Part shown: piece after piece, positions 1 to 12,699 of the stretch | Position numbering within the stretch: the first letter of the stretch is position 1 | How the letters are laid out: each line of letters begins with the position of its first letter | Assembly: GCA_010093995.1 (NCBI GenBank) | Contig: ML992507.1 | Span: 1,361,868 to 1,425,867, forward strand | From: Elsinoe ampelina | Lineage: Eukaryota | Direction of reading: 5' to 3' | Length of the DNA: 64,000 nt | Program-made: the position numbers and the translations under genes | Notes under the pieces: generated by a model | The model's database searches: none | Told to the model about the DNA's origin: nothing | Seen by the model: only the letters and a program-made list of their open reading frames with translations

Positions 1-29
1 AACAGCGACACTCGACCAGTCCCAGACCC

Positions 30-650
30 CTAAGGCACCTTCCAAAACGCCTTCTCCACCTTCTCCTCCCTCACCTCCCAGACATCCTCACTACTCCTCC
101 CCCCGGCCCTGCGCTCCCTCTCCCTCCCCTCCCTCTCCTCGTAATACCTCGCGATCGCCTCCCCCTTCTCCTTCTCCCCCCAGCTCTTGGTGCGCATGCA
201 GAACCAGAACGCGTCCCAGTGCTCGCTGCAGGGCTGGAGGGATCCGAAGCGGTAGATGTCGTTGAATTTGCCGCCGAGGCTGGCGCAGTAGAAGGCGCTG
301 TCGAAGAGGGTCCGGCAGGACATGGTGCGGGGGCGGAGGGAGGCCGGGGAGATGTCGGAGGGGGAGCGGGTCCAGGGTGTTGGGGGGGGAGGAGGAGATG
401 GGGAGGTGCTGGTGGTGGTGGAAGGGGAGTCGGGGGTTGGGGGGGAGTCGAGGGAGGCGAGGAAAGCGGTGAGTTCGGCTTCGGCTTGTTCGTCGCGGTT
501 GGGGGGTCGGGAGGTGGGGGTTGTGGGTGGGAGGAGGGAACTGGGTTGGGTTGTGGATGGTGGTGGTGGTGGTGATGTGGATGAGGGTGTGGGTGTCGAG
601 GGGTCGGAGGGTGTGGATGAGGGTGAGGAGGCGAAGGGCCACCAGCCCAT
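30..650 (-). CDS. EMI1: Early meiotic induction protein 1 family (DUF3128)
   Basis: Single-exon ORF starting MGWW. It contains the family-typical MSCRTLFDSAFYCASLGG-FNDIYRFG...CSEHWDAFWFCMR and SSEDVW motifs. Confidence 0.8.
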   Translation of the reverse strand: MGWWPFASSPSSTPSDPSTPTPSSTSPPPPPSTTQPSSLLPPTTPTSRPPNRDEQAEAELTAFLASLDSPPTPDSPSTTTSTSPSPPPPPTPWTRSPSDISPASLRPRTMSCRTLFDSAFYCASLGGKFNDIYRFGSLQPCSEHWDAFWFCMRTKSWGEKEKGEAIARYYEEREGRERERRAGGRSSEDVWEVREEKVEKAFWKVP

Positions 651-911
651 GTTTGCGGATGATGTGAATGTTCCTGGATATGTATGCCAGAGATAAGGCT
701 GCTGTGTGAGAGTGACAATTGCTATGATGTGGTTGCTGATCCCAAAATTTTAGCTTTTGGTAAAGATGAAGCTTTGGGCGGAACGGGCGCGCCGCTGACG
801 AGCATGTGACTGACCAAGTTTCGCGACCTTGCGAGCATGATTCTTCAGAACAAACTTCAAACTTCTCGGATATGATCACCATCTTGGATAGATACTCGTG
901 AACAGGATGCC

Positions 912-3455
912 ATGTTGACGCGACAGATCTGGCGTGGCCGGGGCTGCGCTCTGCAGCAACAACGACTACTCCGCCGACCAGGACCACAAGGTCATGCCTG
1001 GCGAAGATGCGCTTCCTCGGAGACTGGCGATAACAGAACTGGTCACATAGAAGCTGGACCCAATGAAGGCGTAATCTTCTTCAACAATGTATTTCCACTG
1101 TCATTCCAATGGCTGTTCCGGATACCCTTCTTCACTGGCGAGATCACTGCATCACGACTACTAAAGTCGTCGTTTGGGAATGATCCAACCCAGGTCATGA
1201 ATGCTGCTCGAGATGGATTGACCACCGAGGCCGGAAAAGCGCCTGCAGAAATCATTGAAGTGCTGCCACGGATGAAGGAAGGGGGGGCATTTATCAAATT
1301 CTCCCATTCTGGTAGCACTACCCCTGGTCAGATACAGGAGACTGTCTCCAAGTACTTGCGGGAGAAGAGCGTGCGCCGTCCACTTCTCTCGTTCCATGGC
1401 GTGTCAGCAGGACTAGTCAAAGGCAAGCCTTGGGTAGAGGACTTGCATCGGCTGCCCAGCCAGAGGGTAAAGGTCGAGTTCTGCCCAACCACACCTGGAG
1501 AGCAAGCCGCAGAGTTGTCTCAGGAGGATCTCTACAGCTTCTTCAGACCGTATGGAAAGCTCGCCGATATCATCTCCCAGCCACAAGATTCCAAGGTCGT
1601 GCCTAGATACGCCTACCTGGACTATGCAATCACGCGAGAAGCGGTAATGGCCAAGAACTGCATGCACGGGTTTATCTTGGGCGAGTCACAGGGGGGAGGC
1701 AAGACTGGCACGCTTCTTAGGCTCTCGTACGAAAAGAAGCAACGCACGCGATGGATCTGGGACTGGATCAGTGGTCACACCAGGATTGTCATCCCGCTAC
1801 TTGCTGCACTGGTCGCGACCATTACGGTCACTGTCTTTGATCCTATCAGGACATTCTCCATCAAAACCCACATCACAAGATCTCTACATCTTGAAAATTA
1901 CAAGATCTTCAGATGGCTACGCAGTCGGACGCAAGACTTCGTCGACACATTTAAGAAGCGTATTGGCGTGGCAGAGGCGGCGGGCATGCAGGCTATCTGG
2001 GAGGATCGCAGAGAGTCTATCGAGCAGATCCAGACGTGGTTGATGGAAACGGCCGACACATTCATAGTCGTTCAAGGACCTCGTGGATCCGGCAAGAAGG
2101 AGCTGGTGATTGATCAAGCACTGAAAGACAGGAAGTACAAACTTGTGATCGATTGCAAGCCGATCAAAGAGGCAAGAGGTGATTCCGCCACCATTAATGC
2201 GGCGGCAGCAGAAGTCGGTTACCGACCTGTCTTCTCCTGGATGAACTCAATAAGCGGACTTGTCGATTTAGCTGCACAGGGTACAGCCGGCATCAAGACT
2301 GGCTTTTCAGAAACACTCGAGAATCAACTTGTCAAGATCTGGGCGAACACTTCCGCGGCACTCAAGCAGATTGCTCTCGAAGGTCGCAAGAAGGACGACA
2401 AGGATGCGAAGATGAGCGACGACGAATATTTGGAAGCTCATCCCGAACGCCGACCCGTCGTTGTCATTGACAACTTTCTGCACAAGAGTCAAGATGGCAC
2501 GATCATCTACGATAAGATCGGAGAATGGTAAGTTCTGGCAGAGACACGGGAAGGATCAGACTGACAAACTACCAGGGCTGCATCTCTCGTTACATCAAAC
2601 ATCGCCCATGTGGTCTTCCTTACTCATGATGTGTCATTTTCCAAGTCACTAGCGAAGGCGCTGCCAGATAGAGTCTTCCGCACCATTCCGCTATCGGACA
2701 CCTCGCAAGAAGCTGCAAAGCGATATGTTGTGAACCACCTGGAATACGACATGGCTGATGCAGATGCTGGAATCAAGAAGCTATCTCCCTCTCAGCAGCG
2801 TCGTGATCTGACCGAGCTAGACGAGGTTCTTCCACTCCTGGGAGGTCGTCTGACGGATCTGGAGTTCCTCGCTCGCAGAATCAAGACCGGCGAGACACCT
2901 CGAAAAGCGGCCAAGGAGATTATTGAGCAGGCCGCGAGTGAGATCCAGAAGCTATTCTTAGCCTCCAGCAGCGAAGAGAAGCGGTCATGGACGCCACAGC
3001 AAGCATGGCTTTTGGCCAAGCAACTCGCAAAGAACGACGACCTGCGATACAACGAGATTTTGCTTTCCGATGCCTTTAAGACCGGCGGCGACAAAGCACT
3101 TACGGAGTTGGAGCAAGCAGAATACATCTCGATCCAGTCTCACGGGGGTCGGCCTTATAGCATCAAGCCCGGCCGACCGGTCTTCTCTTCTGCTTTCCGA
3201 CGTTTGACAGAAGACTCTGTCCTGTCCAGCAAGCAGGAGATGTCGCTTCTTTCGGAGAGTATCAAGGCGGAGACACAGACGATCGAGAAGTGCGAGCAGG
3301 AACTACACTTCCTTGGTGAGCTGCCGAAACAGCCGGCTGAGCTTACGGGAAGGGTGCAGTGGTTGCTTGGGAAGATATATGCCAGTCAGGTCAAGATTGA
3401 GGGGTATGAGAAGCAGCAGGGCGAGCTGAAGAAGATTTTGCTTAGCGAATACTAG
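912..3455 (+). CDS. YME2: Mitochondrial escape protein 2 (RRM plus RNA12 P-loop domain); 2 exons
   Basis: Mitochondrial-type N-terminus, PRMKEGGAFIKF, RRM, TM helix, VQGPRGSGKKELV, RPVVVIDNFLHK and LGGRLTDLEFLARRIK. Intron 2528-2575 (GTAAGT...CTGAC...CAG) joins ORFs 912-2531 and 2610-3455 in frame. Confidence 0.93.
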
Positions 3456-4009
3456 GTCGCTGGTCCGAATATGATGTTTCGATGCCTCCGTTGGGAACAA
3501 TAGCGGATGAGTCGCGAATTGTCCTGGATCCAGTGGACTTAGTTGAGTGGAGTGAAAGGTCACGTGTATGGAAGTCAGGCGGCGTCAGAACTGCTAGTTT
3601 TGGGCAAGGCAGTGAAGTCGGAATGCGGCATCATGATATTTAGATAACGACAGACACCACTCAGTTGAATGAACACACGTCTACTCTTCCGGGCTGTGTA
3701 AAACCGTCAACGTTGTTGAGGCCGAGGAGAAGGAGAGAGAGAGAAAGAGAGTCACGCGTGTTTTGAGCCTCTCACGTGCCAAGGCCGAGTCCAATCATCT
3801 GCGGCCTTGAACTTCAGGGCCGCGACTCTTTATTCCACAAACTCATCACGTTCTCTCGACAACTGACCTCCCTCTTCGAACGACTGCTGCTGCTGCCTGC
3901 TGTGCTGTCTCTAGACCGACACTCTGCGACCTCGACGCTAATTCCTTTCTCAACCACAGATCCAACCTATCGCCTGATTCCGTGATACCCTGAAAGACAC
4001 ACATCAACC

Positions 4010-4983
4010 ATGGCCGGTCAAGAGTGGTTAGTCCTCGCTACACGAGGCGATAGCCAGTCGCCTCACATACGGGAACAGTACTAACTTGGGCTACAGAGTA
4101 ATATCCCACAAGCACACTATGCGCATCCTCACCTCGCCCGACACTCCGCAGCCTGCTGTACGCCCAAGACAACGTATACTGATCACGCCATCTTAGATTC
4201 GACTACCTTTTCAAGCTTCTGCTTATCGGCGAGTCTGGTGTCGGAAAGTCCTGCTTGCTCCTTCAGTTCGCAGACCAGACATACACAGACTCATACATTT
4301 CCACGATCGGTGTCGACTTTGTAAGAGCAGAGACAGATTAGGGCGCTCTATCAGGGCTGACTTGGGCTAGAAAATCCGCACAATCGAGGTCGACGGCAAG
4401 CGCATCAAGCTGCAGATTGTATGTCAAGATGGGGAGAAGTGGCATTTTTCAGATGGCTGACAGGTTATACAGTGGGATACCGCAGGTCAAGAGCGCTTTC
4501 GCACCATCACCTCCTCATACTACCGCGGCGCACACGGTATCTGTATCGTAGCGGACGTTACCGATGCCAACAGTTTCGAGAACGTCAAGGTCTGGAACGG
4601 AGAGGTCGAGCGCTACGCCAGCGAGGGAGTACAGAAGTTGATGCTCGGTAACAAGTGCGATCTTGCAGACAAGCGTGTGGTCGACTATGAGCAGGGATCG
4701 GTACGGACTTTGTCCTCATATTCTCCGCAATAATTATCTCTGACAAATGCTACAGGAGGAAGCCCGCAAGCATGGCATGCAATACCTCGAGACCTCGGCC
4801 AAGAATGCAACCAACGTCGAGCAAGCCTTCGTCACCATGGCCAAGCTCATCCGCGACCACATCGCCAGCCAGCCAACCATGACCTCAGACAAGGCCACTC
4901 TCGACGTCGGCCGTGGCCGCGCCGTCAACCAAAAGTCGGATGGGATCTTCGGTGCCGCCACACCCAGCTGTTGCCAGCAGTAA
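4010..4983 (+). CDS. Rab1/Ypt1-like small GTPase (divergent). Exons 4010-4023, 4197-4320, 4371-4418, 4473-4700, 4756-4983
   Basis: Spliced product [26 protein letters not shown]...[14 protein letters not shown]...[26 protein letters not shown]...GNKCD...ETSAK...CCQQ. All G-boxes and a CC prenylation motif are present. Confidence 0.92.
4024..4196 (+). other. Stwintron (spliceosomal twin intron), [D3,4] type: internal intron 4027-4096 interrupts the donor of the external intron
   Basis: GTG|GTTAGT...TACTAAC...CAG|AGT. Removing the inner intron creates donor GTGAGT. The outer intron has branch TACTGAT and a TAG acceptor at 4196, and the reading frame is restored (GA|A TTC GAC TAC). Confidence 0.8.
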
Positions 4984-5935
4984 ACGTCTTACACCAGACC
5001 ACACCAGACTGCATGGCAACCATCCCCTTCATACCCAGACGAGCACGTAATGTCCCTTCCCCGCCCACGCTCGCCTTCCACCAGTCTGCATCCCATCTTA
5101 GACCAGCTTTCCCCCAGGCTGAACACCCTCCCCTTTTCTCCACCGGCTAGGGATCTTTTCTGCACCAGGCGTACTAGGGTCTTTTCACCACATCAACCTC
5201 CACCCCACGGAATGAAGAGCGGTTTTTTCGTCATATCACAAGTGCGTCTTTTCTTCTGCTCGTGGCTTCGAGGATGCATGCGGGACGGGAGGGAGGGGGG
5301 ATGGTAGTGGTAGATAGGAATCTTTCTCGGTCCTCCCCTAGCACATCCTTACTCTATCGCGTCTATTTGTCTGTCGCGGAGACAGGAGAGGGGGGAGGGA
5401 TGGGGAGTTTTGTATACACGGTGGTTGAATTATTGTGTCTTGACTCACGTGCTATTGGGTGAAGTGACACTTTGCTTGCAGGTTTTGACGGAGGGACTAT
5501 GACATGTACATGTATTGTTCGTCCTACTCGAAGCGCTGTGGTACATGTGGCATGAGCCCGCCTGACTCTCCTCTATGCTTCTCCCTCTACTCTTCCGATG
5601 CGGTGAACATCCTCCTTCCCCGTCTTCCGCCCACAGGACCATGTCGCAGCAGACTATTCATCGCCACCGCCATGTATCTCTTTTGTTCTCGAGGCGACCG
5701 GTCTCCCATGGTTTCTGTTGTTTACCAGTCAATCTGCCACGACTGTCCCAAATGCACTCAGAGGAGCACAAATCCCATGTCCCTCGTCACCATCTTCATC
5801 CAGGCCGAGTGCACCCTCCCCCTCACCCTTCCCAGTCTTTCAACGTCCAATCTATTCCTCCCGTCGAACCCGTCCCCGTTCCCATATCACTTCCCCCATC
5901 TAGCTCCTCACCCCCCACCCCCTCCCTTCCACCAC

Positions 5936-8604
5936 TCAATTCCCCCCCTCTGCCCTCCCCCTCTCCACCACCTCCGCCCCCACCTCCCCTTTCAACATCT
6001 CCAACCACCGCCCAGCATTCCACAGCGTCGGCGTCTGCACCCCCTCCAACCGCTCCCTCTCCCTCTGATCCGCACCCGTCACCACCCACGGCGTATCCCT
6101 CCCCGCACACTTGCTGCATTTCCAGTTGGGATCACGCACCGGTGTGTTGACGCAGGGCATGTGGAAGCCTGCGGTCGGGCAGGACTGAGGGTAGTCAGTT
6201 TTCACGCTCTGTGGGCGAAAGGGAGGACGGGGAGGCACCAGGGAGAAGAGGGGAAAGAGGGGGAAGAGGGGGAAGAGGAGGAAGAGGGAAAGGAACGTAC
6301 AGTATTCGAGCAGTAAATCAACGACCCCGTCTCCGTCACCGTCTGTCCGCATACACAAGTGCCCTCGTGTACCGCGATGGGTGCCGAGTCGGCGAGTGCG
6401 GAGAGCCAGGATTCGTAGTCTGCTTCGTAGACGCGGAGGGCGGTGCGGCCGTGCACGATGCTTTGGAGGGTCTGGGAGGCGTCGTGGCGCGTTTGGGGAC
6501 TGTGCAGGATGGAGAACAAGAGGGGTTGGAAGGAGGGATGGATGGCGACGAGGCCAAGGAGGTTTTGGATTTTGGGGTGGCCGGTGAGGGGGTGTGCGTT
6601 TGGGGCGTTAGGGGCGAGGGGGAGGGTTGACCATTGCTGGAGAGTACGGCGGATCTGAGACTGGGACGAGCGGTCGATGTCTATGTTGGTGTGTCCGTTC
6701 GTGAGGCCGTTTGTTTTTGGAGTCTCTGTGCTGGATGGAGAGCCGTTGGCGGGGGGTTCTTCGACGCCGTCGCCTCCTTTCGTACACAGCTCGATGCAGA
6801 AATCGTGGTATAGGCTGGAGAGTAAGCCGGTGAGTCGAAGCTGTTTTAGCTTGGTCTTCCAGTCTCTGAACACCAACGGTCGCCGAAGTTGCTTGTGATG
6901 TGCCTTTGCAAACCTGATGACCGCGTGCTGTAGGTGCTTATCACTGCTGATCCGTTCTCTGTGGATATACTGATCGAAGACCTTGAAGAGTTCTCCTCGG
7001 CTTTCGCCTTGCAGGTCTGTTTTCCTTAGTTTCTGCTTCTGTGCAGCCCAGTCATCTTCCGACTCCTCGTCGCTCTCACTCAGCTCTTCTCCGGCTTCTA
7101 ATGGACGCTTGCTAGTTTGACGATAGAGTTCCACATCTGGTATTTCAGGGACTTGATATCGCTTCCTCTTTCGAGGCAGTATCGATTGCTGGATCTCCGC
7201 TGGTGGTACCTCCTTGGCAGGCCCGTAGGTCTTTAGCTGAGCTGTAGAAATTTCTCGTCCTGGCGATCTTGGGCGGACTCTACGGCCAGTAGCTCGGCAA
7301 GAGGTCCACGAATCATCTCCCTTCAGATACTGCGACAAATCGAATGGTCTTACTGGCCGCACCCATTCCATTTCTCGCTCATCTGGCACATCGTTGCTCG
7401 CCCTTGTCAGCCTAGGACGCTCGTTGAGTTGCAGCAGAAGTGTCTTTTGCTGCACACCATTCACGACCCTGCTTTGTGTAATTGAGAAATCCAGGTGGTC
7501 GTGATTAAGCACATAGTGCATGTGGAGCCTGTCAAATGACGAGTGTGGTAGTCGCTTCTTGCAGAATTGACATCTCAAGTCGTCTACCACGAGCGAGCGA
7601 AGCTGACCGGCGGAACCTTTAATGATATATGTGATCTCGTGCTCTTCTTGAGCTGATTCTTGGGTGGTCTTGATCACACTCCCATTGACTGCTGCTTCGC
7701 GCCTCGACCGCATCGTCCTTTCCAACACGGATCCTTCGTATTTGTTCCACTTTAGATCCACTGCTAGCTCGTAGCCAGTCTGCTCGGTAGTGCCGACACG
7801 GCCTGATGTTAACTGAACAAGGTCTTTGCCGCCAAGCTTGTCTAAGCCTTTGATGAATGCCCGCAGAGGAGCATGTACTCCGAAAGGCACTGCAGAAATA
7901 TCTTGTCCGTACATGAATGTGTGCAGGTCCTTCTTCATCGTTAAATCTGAGCACGAGATATGCAATTTGAGTCGATGGTTCTGCAGATCCCGACTGTTAT
8001 CTGCACCATTCACTGGTTCGTCTCCGCCCTCCCCAGACCTTGAGAGGATGCTCAAGGGGAGAATGAATGGCGCGTCAAGCTCAATTGTGATGCTGGGCTT
8101 GCCGTCGTCCGACCGAGTGCAGATCAAAGTGGCTGGCTTAGTCTCGTGCTGGACAGCCGCCCACTTCGAGACATCTGATCGCTTCTGGACCATACATTGA
8201 ATCTCGCACTTCAACTTCTGCGTGTCAGGCGCTGGTAGCCATTCGGGCTCGGCTTTGACTTTGGTCGCGCCATCGTTCTTCGGTACTGGACGCGTTGACC
8301 CTCTTGATACTATTGCAAATGGAAGAACCTGCATCGTAGGTTCTCTGGCACATTGCAGAATTTCCTTTTTGACTGGAAACCAGTCGTGTCGTCTTCTTGG
8401 TGGCATCTTGTCCTCACAGGACTGCTGCCGTCGTGAGTCGTTCAGCGCGCCTTTGGATCTCCGTACGTGATCGTGAGCGTCCAACGTCTGCCGAATATTG
8501 CGTTGCAAGAAGTGCGGTATAGAAACCCTCTCTGCGATTTCCAGTGTCGAATTTAGTGATACAGTTCCCAGATATCCCTGTCTGAAGCCTGACTCTAGCG
8601 GCAT
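5936..8604 (-). CDS. Polycomb SUZ12/VEFS-box-like protein with C2H2 zinc finger and C-terminal PHD finger; 2 exons (intron 6185-6300)
   Basis: N-terminal PHFLQRNI, C2H2-like CQFC...HMHYVLNH, and VEFS-like SKRPLEAGEELSESDEESEDDW. Splicing GTACGT...ACTGAC...CAG completes CVC...IYCSNTSCPTAGFHMPC...WKCSKC. The start codon is uncertain (8604 chosen). Confidence 0.65.
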
Positions 8605-9247
8605 GATGTCTGTGATTAGGGCTCCGGCAGAATCTCCGCGGTCGCACAAAGTACCACCAGCAGGGCCGGCATGACAGTATTGGATCGGTCGCGTGTAGCG
8701 CCTGAGAAATGCAGGCAGCCAGAAGGACAGGCAAAGCTGAGGACAAACAGGTGGAACTGATGAAGCGATCTGCGGGATCCCACCGCGAAGCGCAGAGCCT
8801 AATTTCGCATCGAATGAGCCGCAGGCACCACGCCAGGAAGGGTACGAGGTTATTGAACGATTGGCAAATCTATTGAGAACTGGGAATGTGAATGGACATG
8901 CGAATGTCTTGATGATAATTTAGATTCGGTATTTACGTGTGATCACATCGAAGAATGCGGCGTGGTCTCTCGACGGCGCTTGCAATTGCCAATTCATGCT
9001 TCGCTTGAGCCCGGGCCGCATTCGAGCATGTCTTGGCGTTTCACTCGCCACATAGTTTGCCTTCCCATTCAAAAGTGGCGAGGTAGAGTTCATGACCTGC
9101 CGTTCTGATAGTCCGAGGTGCACCGGCCACCAGAAGTGGTCGACCATGTCTTTTTCGCAAGTCTTTCGATGTCGATTGAAGCTCCACTCAGGCCTCCGAT
9201 CGGGCACGTATTAAGCTACTAGGGACATGCTGTCAAGTCGTCAAGCT

Positions 9248-10060
9248 TCACTCCTTGTGCTCCTTCTCGCTGTCAGCAGACTCGCTCAATCGGCTCCAGA
9301 CAAAGTTCGACACAAAGAAGCCGGCAACAGCCACAACAACTATGTATCCAGCAGTCGATATCAAGGATCTGGGAAACACGTTGAATGTGTATGGGTCAAG
9401 TACTGCTCACACATCAGACGGATCTTTGTAAAGACTGCATGCCACTCACTTATATCGATCTTGACAGGCTTTGGGTTCGTCATGAGATCTTTCTTGAGCG
9501 TGAAGTAATCCGCTGCTCCTGACAACCTCAGGAATAGCAACGATTGCGGGGATTGGATATTGATTTTCGTCTGATCCACGTCCTGAGGACCACGAGAAGT
9601 CGTTCGCTCTTCAGCCGACATGGCCAGACTCTGAATAAGCTCTGGCGTTTCCATAGTCTCCTTTAAGGTGAACACGTCCATATCCCAGGCTGTGGGTTGC
9701 TGCTACCGTGTCAGCTAGCCGTATGCAATCATGTATCTTGGCCAAGCCACTCACTGTAGCCGCCCAACAAACGCGAACTTCATATCGAGCTCCTGGTGTC
9801 AGATCGTGGAGGACATACCAGCTTTGTAGACCTTTGGGATATGTGCCGTTGGCAAAAACTACTGGTAGTGCGCCTCGATACGTTGTGGTTTGTGGCGACA
9901 AGGAAACAAGGCCGAGATCTTCGATCGACGGCCCATCTTGCGGCAAGTCGATACTCTCTGGTCCAAGAAATATGATCTTCTCTGTATTGGCAAAGACATA
10001 CGGAACGAATATGAGAAATGACCAAAGCAAAAGGCTTAATGATCTAGGTAAAGGGGACAT
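9248..10060 (-). CDS. PGA1: GPI-mannosyltransferase II co-activator (Pga1 family); 3 exons
   Basis: Signal peptide, then ANTEKIIF, YEVRVCWAAT(Q)QPT, AADYF, DIILDPYTFNVFPRSL and a C-terminal TM helix. Introns at about 9700/9703-9754 and 9403-9449; stop TGA at 9248-9250. Confidence 0.75.
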
Positions 10061-10407
10061 CTCGCCTTGTCAATCGGAAGACGACTTTGCAAGATTGTCA
10101 AGCTCATGACATGGAACTTGGAATCAAGTACGCAGGTTGCACCGTCAACATTGTGATCTAGCAAGAATGCAGGCGCCTGAGGTTCAGAGGATGAGAGGCA
10201 GTCGCTGGATGCGCTTTAGGCTTAGCCCCGCGCACAATGTGGCCCTGCGCACGGGCCACGATAAACATAACTCGTCCCTCCTCGCTTGGTGAATCTAATC
10301 ATCTCTTCGATACACCGTTTTAACCTCCACCATCACTTGAGGAGCTTGATATTGAAGCTCGACAATACCGCAACTCAAGCTTCTCATCCTCTCTCACAAC
10401 CGCCACA

Positions 10408-12144
10408 ATGCGTGAAGTTATCAGCTTGAACGGTACGTCCTCAACCAAGGCTTACTCGCCGCCTGACCGCCTCTGCCTATCCCATCCAAAAACTTCAATA
10501 TGCTGACATTTGACGCGTTTAGTCGGCCAGGCCGGTTGCCAGATCGCCAATTCGTGCTGGGAAGTAAGTTGACACGAGAAGACCATCGTCGTGATGGATT
10601 TCGGTCAAGCAAGAGCAGAGACTGACAACTCGCCTAGCTCTACTGCCTCGAACACGGCATTCAGGTTCGTGAATCACCTCAGACCCCACGACACATATCA
10701 GAGGACCTCAATTGACTCTCAACACAGCCTGACGGATTCCTGTCCGAGGAGCGCAAGAATGCCGACGAAGACCACGGATTCTCAACCTTCTTCTCCGAGA
10801 CTGGTACGCGCCCCACCTTTGTGAAAGAGCAGGTCATGAACAGTGTTTCTAACATATACAGGCAATGGCAAGTACGTGCCACGCACCATCTACTGCGATC
10901 TCGAGCCCAACGTCGTGGACGAAGTCCGCACTGGCACCTACAAGGACCTCTTCCACCCTGACCAGATGATCACTGGCAAGGAGGATGCCTCAAACAACTA
11001 TGCTCGTGGTCACTACACTGTCGGCAAGGAGCTCATCGATCAGGTTCTTGATAAGGTCCGCCGCGTTGCCGACAACTGCTCGGGTCTTCAAGGTTTCCTC
11101 GTCTTCCACTCCTTCGGTGGTGGTACCGGTTCAGGTTTCGGTGCACTTCTGATGGAGCGTCTATCCGTCGACTACGGCAAGAAGAGCAAGCTCGAGTTCT
11201 GCGTATACCCAGCCCCTCAGGTCGCCACATCCGTTGTCGAGCCATACAACTCCATTCTCACAACCCACACCACCCTCGAGCACTCTGACTGTTCTTTCAT
11301 GGTCGACAACGAAGCCATCTACGACATCTGCCGCCGCAACCTTGGTATTGAGCGTCCCAGCTACGAGAACCTCAACAGGTTGATTGCACAGGGTATGTGT
11401 TTCAATCGATGCTTGCCGAAGGGATTTCTAATATTTTGTCTAGTCGTCTCCTCTATCACTGCTTCTCTGCGCTTCGATGGCTCCCTCAACGTCGATCTCA
11501 ACGAGTTCCAGACCAACTTGGTCCCATACCCCCGCATCCACTTCCCTCTTGTGGCCTACGCACCGATCGTCTCGGCCGCAAAATCCGCCCACGAGGCCAA
11601 CTCGGTCCAGGAGATTACCATGTCCTGCTTCGAGCCCAACAACCAGATGGTGAAGTGCGACCCGCGCAACGGAAAGTACATGGCCACCTGCCTGCTCTAC
11701 CGTGGCGACGTCGTCCCCAAGGACACTCACAGTGCTGTCGCGACTCTCAAGACCAGGAGGACCATCCAATTCGTCGACTGGTGCCCAACTGGCTTCAAGC
11801 TTGGTATCTGCTACCAGCCACCTCAGAACGTGCCCAATGGAGATCTCGCCAAGGTCAACCGCGCTGTGTAAGTGATTCATGACCTGGATCATGTTCAGAA
11901 CTAATTATGTTACAGCTGCATGCTTTCCAACACCACCGCCATTGCCGAGGCCTGGTCCGCTCTCTCACACAAGTTCGATCTTATGTACTCCAAGCGTGCT
12001 TTCGTCCACTGGTACGTTGGTGAGGGTATGGAGGAAGGCGAGTTCTCCGAGGCTCGTGAGGACTTGGCCGCTCTCGAGCGCGATTACGAGGAGGTCGCCG
12101 CCGACTCTGTCGAGGGCGAGGAGGGCGTTGAGGCGGAATACTAA
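10408..12144 (+). CDS. tubA: Alpha-tubulin; 7 exons
   Basis: [34 protein letters not shown] after splicing, GGGTGSG signature, and C-terminal [21 protein letters not shown]...EY. Confidence 0.98.
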
Positions 12145-12699
12145 GCGTTTCCCATCTCGATATTCAGCTCGACGACACACGTCGATAGCACGACTTATGC
12201 ACACATAATCACCCTTTCACCTGGTCATGTTTGCGGGATGATGATTGGAGTCGGTAGACCCATGGGCTGCAAACTTTTCCTTTATTTCCTGTTTCTGTAG
12301 AGCCGTGGAGCGGGCAGGCGTAGGTACAAAGATTGACAATCAAGGAGCAGTGCTCTGCCTACAATGAGGTTTCCTGCGGCATTTGTTCGTGCATGATCAT
12401 GCCACCTGAAGCGACCTCCATAAATATCTTTGGCGAGGCGGTTTTGACGAATGGATTGTGCCAGAGAGGGGCTCAGCCACGATTGATGTGCAAACGACGA
12501 GTCCACACGTCCACGGTCGACCAGGCTTACTTTGCGCTCGGGTCAACATCGCCGCTACTGATTCGATTATCAGAAGTACGGCTCTTTCCCTTTCTTTTTT
12601 GTTCATTTCGCCCTTCAATTCACCGTTCGTCCAGTTGCACTCACAAATTTCGCCGAGGTGGTTCAAGAAAGCTTGAAATCCAACTTTCTTGACGCAAGG

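Noticed and set aside
71..987. Overlapping His/Pro- or Gly-rich ORFs around EMI1
   Set aside because: Alternative-frame and antisense shadows of a C/G-skewed CDS; no motifs.
4097..4097. 1-nt microexon model for the Rab first intron region
   Set aside because: It creates an in-frame TGA (GAG TG+A), whereas the stwintron model restores the conserved frame.
6240..6292. GGGGAAGAG-type repeats
   Set aside because: Simple intronic pyrimidine-tract repeat on the minus strand; not an array with spacers.
5504..6316. Plus-strand 270-aa and 191-aa Pro-rich ORFs
   Set aside because: Antisense to the G-rich 3' end and UTR of the SUZ12-like gene; low complexity, no family features.
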